The notes under the pieces were generated by a model. It made no database searches. It worked only from the letters and a program-made list of their open reading frames with translations, and was not told the origin of the DNA. A stretch of DNA of 64,000 bases from Patescibacteria group bacterium UBA1396 (GTDB lineage: Bacteria > Patescibacteriota > Microgenomatia > UBA1400 > UBA1396). The DNA lies in NCBI GenBank assembly GCA_002305195.1, contig DBQK01000008.1, positions 98,688 to 162,687 on the forward strand, written 5' to 3'. This document shows, piece after piece, positions 58,514 through 64,000 of the stretch (position 1 is its first letter; every line of letters starts with the position of its first letter). Made by a program: the position numbers and the translations under genes.

Positions 58514-59026
58514 TTATCCTAGCACACCAGATTTACATAATTTGAGAAAATTTTCCACCTCTATCGTCGATTTAAACACTATTAGTCTTTGATCATGATT
58601 CAGATTTGATGTAACAAGTTTAAAAATCTTTTTTCTTGGATAAAACAAAATTTGCATCGCCAAACGCCGACTAAATCTGGGCGGATTACCAAACTTGCTC
58701 GAGTCTTGTGAAAAAAAGGCTTTAAGATATCTTTTTATTGCCCGATAAAAACACAACCCTCGAGGGTAATCAAAAAAAATTACTGCGTCAGATTTTTTAA
58801 GTCTTCTAACCAAAGATCTCTCATAGTTACCATCAATAATCCAAGCTTCTCTTTGTAAAATGGCACTTAATTTTTTATCGAAGACTTTTTTACTTACTCG
58901 AGTGTAATTTGGCAACCAAAAAATTGAGTCTAAATGAATTACTGGCAAATCAACACAATTGGCCAATTGTTTAGCAAAAACTGACTTCCCAGCACCACAA
59001 TTACCGATAATTATTATTTTTTTCAC
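58514..59026 (-). CDS. adenylate kinase-like P-loop protein (FlaR/topology modulation family)
   Basis: GNCGAGKS, IHLDSIFW, WIIDGNY. Confidence 0.88.
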   Translation of the reverse strand: MKKIIIIGNCGAGKSVFAKQLANCVDLPVIHLDSIFWLPNYTRVSKKVFDKKLSAILQREAWIIDGNYERSLVRRLKKSDAVIFFDYPRGLCFYRAIKRYLKAFFSQDSSKFGNPPRFSRRLAMQILFYPRKKIFKLVTSNLNHDQRLIVFKSTIEVENFLKLCKSGVLG

Positions 59027-59104
59027 ACTAATGCTTTAGCCTAAATATTAGTATACTATTAAAACAAATTACTATAAACTCCACAGTCATATCTTGTCTA
59101 AGTT

Positions 59105-59572
59105 ATGTCAGTCCAACCAAATAACCGCAGCACTCCACTAAATCCGGTCGGTCGCTTTATGGTGGCTGTGGGTGCCATCATTCAGTTGAAATCAAGTAAC
59201 AAAATTCTGTTGATTCACAGATCAAACAATCAGGACTGGCAGCCAAGTCATTGGGAAATTATTTATGGACGAATTGATCAGCACGAAGACTTAACCACAG
59301 GCTTAAGAAGAGAGGTGCAAGAAGAAGCTGGAATCACAGATTTGGAAATTGGCCCCTTACTTACACACTGGCATATTTACCGAGGTGCCAAATCTCCCGA
59401 AAATGAAGTTATTGGTGTAACTTTCCAAGCTAAAACCTCTCAAGAAAAAATTAAATTATCGGATGAGCACGATGGCTATCAATGGGTTGAGCCTCAACAA
59501 GCTGTCGATATGATCATGGTTGATGGTATTAAAAGAGACGTGTTGGCTTACATCAAAAATTTATCAAAGTAG
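59105..59572 (+). CDS. NUDIX hydrolase
   Basis: GRIDQHEDLTTGLRREVQEEAG Nudix box, LSDEH. Confidence 0.92.
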   Translation: MSVQPNNRSTPLNPVGRFMVAVGAIIQLKSSNKILLIHRSNNQDWQPSHWEIIYGRIDQHEDLTTGLRREVQEEAGITDLEIGPLLTHWHIYRGAKSPENEVIGVTFQAKTSQEKIKLSDEHDGYQWVEPQQAVDMIMVDGIKRDVLAYIKNLSK

Positions 59573-59580
59573 TAACAATT

Positions 59581-59964
59581 TTAGTGATGATCCTCTTCGT
59601 CAGCTAAAGCTTCACTTTTTGTCTGATGAATCACACCATCTTTGTGGTGAGGTGGTGCATAAAGTGTGTACAATTTCAAAGGCTTGTCTGGTGAAGTATT
59701 AATTATATTATGTTCCGCTCCGGCCGGAATAATAATCGCTGAGCCATCCTCAATTTTACCTTCTTGCCCATCGATAATTACTTTTCCTTCACCAGCCTCA
59801 ACACGCAAAAATTGATCGTTCTGACTATGAATTTCCAAGCCAATATCTTCATTTGGATCAATCGACATTACCACCAATTGCATATTCTGACCGGTAAATA
59901 ACACTTTACGAAAATACTGATTGTTCAGGGTAATTTCTTCGATGTTGTCTAGATAGCCCTTCAT
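59581..59964 (-). CDS. cupin domain protein
   Basis: IGLEIH..NDQF, IPAGAEHNIIN, LYAPPHH. Confidence 0.92.
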   Translation of the reverse strand: MKGYLDNIEEITLNNQYFRKVLFTGQNMQLVVMSIDPNEDIGLEIHSQNDQFLRVEAGEGKVIIDGQEGKIEDGSAIIIPAGAEHNIINTSPDKPLKLYTLYAPPHHKDGVIHQTKSEALADEEDHH

Positions 59965-59977
59965 ATTTCTCCTTTCC

Positions 59978-60448
59978 TTAATTTAAAACCCAAATTGCTA
60001 GATTAAGAGCTGATGCCAAACTAACCCAGACCAAATATAGAATAAGTAGATAAGCAGCCCACTTTGACAATGGATAAAATTTCTTAATAGTTAAGGCAAT
60101 CATTGCCCACAGCGGCAAAATAACCAACAAACCCAACGCTGGTGATCGCAAGCCAAAAAATACCGGTGACCAAAGAAAGTTAAGACCTAATTGGATTAAA
60201 AATAATTTACCAGCTGTTCTAACAGATTTTTTCTGCCAACCAAGCTGCCAAATTAAATAAAAAGAAACTCCCATTAAAAAATATAAAAGCGTCCAAACCG
60301 GTGCAAAAAGCCAACCCGGAGGAGTAAAAAATGGTTTATTTAAAGAAGTATACCAACTGGGTATCGCCGAGACAGTAAAAGGTGCTCCTAAAATGCCCAC
60401 CAACTCACAACCTACTACCGAAACAGCTAATTTTATTGTGTTTTTCAC
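59978..60448 (-). CDS. tspO: tryptophan-rich sensory protein TspO/MBR
   Basis: WYTSLNKPFFTPP..FAPVWT, LNFLWSPVFF. Confidence 0.93.
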   Translation of the reverse strand: MKNTIKLAVSVVGCELVGILGAPFTVSAIPSWYTSLNKPFFTPPGWLFAPVWTLLYFLMGVSFYLIWQLGWQKKSVRTAGKLFLIQLGLNFLWSPVFFGLRSPALGLLVILPLWAMIALTIKKFYPLSKWAAYLLILYLVWVSLASALNLAIWVLN

Positions 60449-60489
60449 TAGAAATAGTATGGCCTAAATGAAAAAAAAGAGCAAATAAT

Positions 60490-60810
60490 TTACTTACCCT
60501 TCTTATCCAACTTATCAAAGCCGAAACCCTTAACCAAGTAATAAACCACTAAGGCAATAATCATAAAGTCAATCAGAACAGACAAGAAATTGCCCCACAT
60601 AATATTTACCGGACCAATCGCGGTTGATTTTGCAGATAAATCACCTGCTGCTCCCAAAACAATTCCTAAGATGGGATTTATTATGTCTTGAACCAGTGAA
60701 GAAACCACCTTTGAAACTGAACCACCTAAAATAAAACCCACCGCTAAACCAACGACTCCTTGTTCTCGCACAAACTCGATGAATCCCTTCATACCCAACC
60801 TTTCTCTCAT
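60490..60810 (-). CDS. mscL: large-conductance mechanosensitive channel (short form)
   Basis: FIEF...VVGLAVGFILG...VSSLVQDIINP, WGNFL. Confidence 0.92.
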   Translation of the reverse strand: MRERLGMKGFIEFVREQGVVGLAVGFILGGSVSKVVSSLVQDIINPILGIVLGAAGDLSAKSTAIGPVNIMWGNFLSVLIDFMIIALVVYYLVKGFGFDKLDKKGK

Positions 60811-60888
60811 ATTTAAATCATTTTACTTGGTTTTCGACAAATATGATATTTTCATTTTGCCTTTTGATAAAAGTTGTGTCATATTAAA

Positions 60889-60902
60889 TGAATATATATT
60901 CA
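60889..60902. promoter_or_regulatory. 14-bp palindrome, candidate DUF134 operator
   Basis: TGAATATATATTCA ends 24 nt upstream of the DUF134 start. Confidence 0.5.
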
Positions 60903-60926
60903 CTTCAACACGATATTTAAATAACT

Positions 60927-61298
60927 ATGCCAAGAAATAAAACACCACGTACCATTCTTTCTGAACCTGAAGCGGTTTTTTATAAGCCCCAGGGTGTGTG
61001 TCTAAAAGACCTGCAAGTGGTGGAGTTACAAGACGATGAATTTGAAGCCATCAAGCTTCACGATTTTGATCAACTTTCTCAGGTTGAGGCTGCCCTGGCT
61101 ATGAAAATTTCTCAACCAACTTTTGGTCGCATTTTACACTCGGCTTATCACAAAATTAGTCTGGCCTTGTTTAAAGGCAAAGCCATCGCTATTACCAAAA
61201 AGAAAGGACAAAGCTATGAAAACGGCCAACCTCAAGAGTATTTTGATAATCGTACTGTTTTTTGTGATGTTTGTGGTCGGCATTGCCTGGCTGAATAA
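60927..61298 (+). CDS. DUF134 family HTH DNA-binding protein
   Basis: MPRNK..R, YKPQG, DEFEAIKLHD, QVEAA..MKISQPTFGRIL. Confidence 0.92.
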   Translation: MPRNKTPRTILSEPEAVFYKPQGVCLKDLQVVELQDDEFEAIKLHDFDQLSQVEAALAMKISQPTFGRILHSAYHKISLALFKGKAIAITKKKGQSYENGQPQEYFDNRTVFCDVCGRHCLAE

Positions 61299-62406
61299 AT
61301 TACCAGGTTTTTCCGGCTGGAGATTTAAAAACGATCAGCCAATCAATGGCTTAATAATGCTCATTGAATTCGAAAAAATCGACGGTATTTTGCAGTGGGA
61401 AAAAGAGCTAGATAAACGCAACTTAACAGCAATGGTCAAGGTTCAAAATAATATTTTGAAGGATTACCCTGAGGTTTTCAAACGACTGGCTAGTAAGGGC
61501 TACGAAATCGCTGGTGGTTATGATGAAGAACCGTTCTGGGATATGCCTTATGAAAAACAATATCAGTATCTTAAGGAAGCTAAAGACTTAGTTGAATCAA
61601 CAACTGGATTGCCGATGCGTGTGTTCGGTAGTCGATACTTTGCTTATGATGAAAACACTCTTAAAGCTGCCGATGACCTAGGTATCGAGTATATCCTGGC
61701 ACGCGGAACTCAAGACGTTGCAGCTGTCATTTATGATCCGGCAGAATATGATGTCAAGGTTATTTCGGTAACCAACGTTGAAAATGGCGAAATGGGTCGA
61801 GGTTCGCTGTGTGACTACAGTTTATGGGCGCGCGGCGCCGATGCTCAGGAGTTTGCCACCATCTTGGAGGAAAGCTTGGCAAAAAAACCAAAAAATATGA
61901 TTTTAGTTTCACACTCGTACTTGGGCGGAACGCGTCAAGAATGGTGGGAGGAATATCGAAAAGTTCTGAAGAATGACAAGGTGAGTTGGGTTGGGTTTGA
62001 CACCTGGCTTGAAAAACAAGAGTTGCTAACAATGCCCAATAGCGAAATTCCAATCAATCGCGAGGTTAAGTACGTTCAACCGAAGCCTGCCAAACCAATG
62101 GAGAATTACACTCCAGTGCCTAATCTTGAAAGTGCCGAAGTTATTATGTTTCATAATAATTTAGGTGAGATGTGCCTTGAAGCCATTGAGTTTTTTAAAA
62201 CTCATCAAATTGAATACAAAGAATATCTAAACACCGATTCAGAATTTAGGCAGATGCTAACACAATATCAACAAGAACATCCTACTAGCATGGGTGAATC
62301 GGAAAACTATCAGTACTTACCCATCATTTTTTATGAGGGAAAAGCATACTCAGGATTCAACGAACAAGTAGCTCAAAGCATCTTGTCAGATTGGGAAAGT
62401 AGGTAA
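61216..62406 (+). CDS. membrane-anchored polysaccharide deacetylase-like protein with C-terminal glutaredoxin-like domain
   Basis: AAGGA RBS before ATG 61216, TM, NodB-like KGYEIA region, C-terminal GEMC...LPIIFY..GF. Confidence 0.7.
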   Translation: MKTANLKSILIIVLFFVMFVVGIAWLNKLPGFSGWRFKNDQPINGLIMLIEFEKIDGILQWEKELDKRNLTAMVKVQNNILKDYPEVFKRLASKGYEIAGGYDEEPFWDMPYEKQYQYLKEAKDLVESTTGLPMRVFGSRYFAYDENTLKAADDLGIEYILARGTQDVAAVIYDPAEYDVKVISVTNVENGEMGRGSLCDYSLWARGADAQEFATILEESLAKKPKNMILVSHSYLGGTRQEWWEEYRKVLKNDKVSWVGFDTWLEKQELLTMPNSEIPINREVKYVQPKPAKPMENYTPVPNLESAEVIMFHNNLGEMCLEAIEFFKTHQIEYKEYLNTDSEFRQMLTQYQQEHPTSMGESENYQYLPIIFYEGKAYSGFNEQVAQSILSDWESR

Positions 62407-62491
62407 AGGAACAAAAAATAGAAAAATAGAAAAATAATTACTGTAATCGGGTAAAACTACAATTACAACAGTTCACTAGATTTTGGATAGC

Positions 62492-62519
62492 TTGACAGCC
62501 CAAAAAAAAGAGATATGAT
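62492..62519 (+). promoter_or_regulatory. sigma70 promoter of the T-box leader
   Basis: TTGACA-16 nt-TATGAT. Confidence 0.75.
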
Positions 62520-62544
62520 ATCTCCTACTTAACAAGTGAATAAA

Positions 62545-62881
62545 AACGTTGACCTAAGGAATCAGTAGAGATTCATGAGTGACAAGAGAGAGTTGGTGGT
62601 CGCTGAAAACCAACCGTATCATGCTGATCGAAATACCCTTGGAGAGTTGCAAAGCTGAAAATTATAGTAAGCCACGCCGGGAGCGCCCGTATACAGCGCT
62701 AGAGCATGTCACACCAGAAACAGAGTGCTTGAAAAATAAGATTTATCTTTTAGTTTTCAAGTCCCGTACATGCGGGATTTTTTAATGCCAAAGATAAATA
62801 AAGTGAGGTGGTACCGCCTTTAGCAATAAAGACCCTCACATATTCATCGGTCATAACCGGTGAATGTGTGAGGGTTTTTTT
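62545..62881 (+). ncRNA. T-box riboswitch (transcriptional)
   Basis: Stem I with AGTA, AGAGAGA bulge, GCTGAAA loop, GAA-specifier loop; stem II GAA/AGTA; T-box AGGTGGTACCGC 62806-62817; antiterminator GTGAGG/CCTCAC. Confidence 0.9.
62832..62881 (+). terminator. T-box intrinsic terminator
   Basis: ACCCTCACATATTCATCGG/CCGGTGAATGTGTGAGGGT hairpin followed by a T run. Confidence 0.9.
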
Positions 62882-62902
62882 GTAAAAAATAGAAAGGACT
62901 AT

Positions 62903-63874
62903 ATGTCAATACATAAAGATCGTCTCTTGCCTCCGTTTAGTCAGGAGGCTTTGGGTCTAAGCGAAAACAAGCGACAAGCAGAAATAACTTGGATTAGCTT
63001 GCATAATTGGTTGCATAGCATTTTGAGAGACAGAATTACTGTCTCGCCTGAGCTGGAAAAGCTTGGGTTTATTGGCGGTATTAACAGGACTAATACCGGA
63101 GCACTAACAACCGCTATCGGTCGAGCCCCAACTGAACAACCAATAACTCGTCACATCCAGCCAATTAAAGCTATTGCCAGAAGGCTTGTTTTAGAACAAC
63201 TTGAGCTAGCTCCTTCTACACCACTTACTTTTCTAAAAAACGAGCTTGAATTAGGTTCCGGAGTCCATCTGGTAAAAGAAACTATTGGTCCGGATGTTAA
63301 TAACCCAGGAGAATGGATGGAATCAATGCAGCTTCTCTTGGAAGCGGGCGTATCGCCAGAAAAAATGTTCTTCATTCCCACTTTTAGAGACCCTCTAGAT
63401 GTTGTGGCAAGTTGGAAAAGGATGTGGGGCTGGGAAATCAGTAATTTTCCTTTTGAAAGCTTTAACTTTAGTTTTCAAAAGGTCGAACAAATGGTTCAAG
63501 AAGCCAAGGAAAGAAATATTTTGGTCATACCATACATCCATGAGTTTTTGCGTGACTTTGGCTCGGCTAAAACACTAGCCAGAATCCTAAATATTGTTGG
63601 CTTGCCTTTTAATGAAAACATTATTAACTGGGGAGACGATGATGACCCCTACTGGCAAGGAAACATTGTTAAATACGACGTACCTCCTAACGCTTGGATT
63701 CAAGGTAGCTTAAGTCCAAAACATGGAGGCAGAGGTGGTTTGGAATGGAGACCAATTAAATCAGAGCACAGGCTCACATCGGCAGAGGAAATTATTGTAA
63801 AACAAAAAATTAAAACTGCACTCGATGTCTACAAAAGAATGGAGATTTTAGCCGGACAAATTCTTGCTAAATAA
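62903..63874 (+). CDS. sulfotransferase-fold (P-loop) protein
   Basis: GGINRTNTGAL (5'-PSB-like) and FRDPLDVVASW (3'-PB-like); AAGGA RBS before ATG 62903. Confidence 0.6.
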   Translation: MSIHKDRLLPPFSQEALGLSENKRQAEITWISLHNWLHSILRDRITVSPELEKLGFIGGINRTNTGALTTAIGRAPTEQPITRHIQPIKAIARRLVLEQLELAPSTPLTFLKNELELGSGVHLVKETIGPDVNNPGEWMESMQLLLEAGVSPEKMFFIPTFRDPLDVVASWKRMWGWEISNFPFESFNFSFQKVEQMVQEAKERNILVIPYIHEFLRDFGSAKTLARILNIVGLPFNENIINWGDDDDPYWQGNIVKYDVPPNAWIQGSLSPKHGGRGGLEWRPIKSEHRLTSAEEIIVKQKIKTALDVYKRMEILAGQILAK

Positions 63875-63880
63875 ATTACT

Positions 63881-64000
63881 ATGCAAAATTTTCAAGCTAC
63901 ATACAGTTCAAAAATCGGCTCAGCTGCTTTCTCAATAAAAAAGGCAGTCGTGGCTGGATCAAAACTAAATTGCAGCCTCACCTACACCGTGGGTGAGGCT
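63881..64000 (+). CDS. partial CDS running off the window, second gene of the T-box operon
   Basis: ATG 6 nt after the previous stop; open frame MQNFQATYSSKIGSAAFSIKKAVVAGSKLNCSLTYTVGEA. Confidence 0.6.
   Translation, partial: MQNFQATYSSKIGSAAFSIKKAVVAGSKLNCSLTYTVGEA

Noticed and set aside
61216-61298. Cys-rich tail (CDVCGRHC) of DUF134 as a metal site
   Set aside because: It is the alternate-frame reading of the next gene's TM segment, so probably incidental
62759-62783. Separate terminator inside the T-box leader
   Set aside because: Position fits T-box stem III; cannot be supported as an independent terminator
62579-62785. 68-aa ORF
   Set aside because: Lies wholly within the T-box leader
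1-64000. Alternative genetic code (TGA readthrough)
   Set aside because: Conserved genes are full length under code 11

Overview
AT-rich bacterial chromosome segment. Gene content (DUF4012, many GT-C glycosyltransferases, class II glyQS, stand-alone 5'-3' exonuclease, apparently leaderless genes) suggests Patescibacteria/CPR, probably Microgenomates; this is an inference. Left end: a ~7.6 kb element (1008-8580) integrated in the 3' end of tmRNA, bounded by a 12-bp direct repeat. It carries a large serine recombinase whose gene spans the att core, two DUF5677/HEPN-like proteins, an OLD-family nuclease, a MerR-like regulator and a structured RNA leader. The rest is host backbone: two large glycan-biosynthesis clusters (9-21 kb, 39.7-56 kb), ftsH, a Xer-like recombinase, miaB-miaA, lexA/uvrB, rpmG, tRNA-Thr, glyQS, recO, tspO, mscL, and a complete T-box riboswitch in front of a sulfotransferase-fold gene. 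The most striking unexplained signal is at least 13 perfect GC-rich inverted repeats/palindromes (10-21 bp arms). They differ in sequence, lie in frame inside host coding regions (including conserved motifs), and were not seen in the island. All calls are by eye from the sequence and ORF track; no searches were run.
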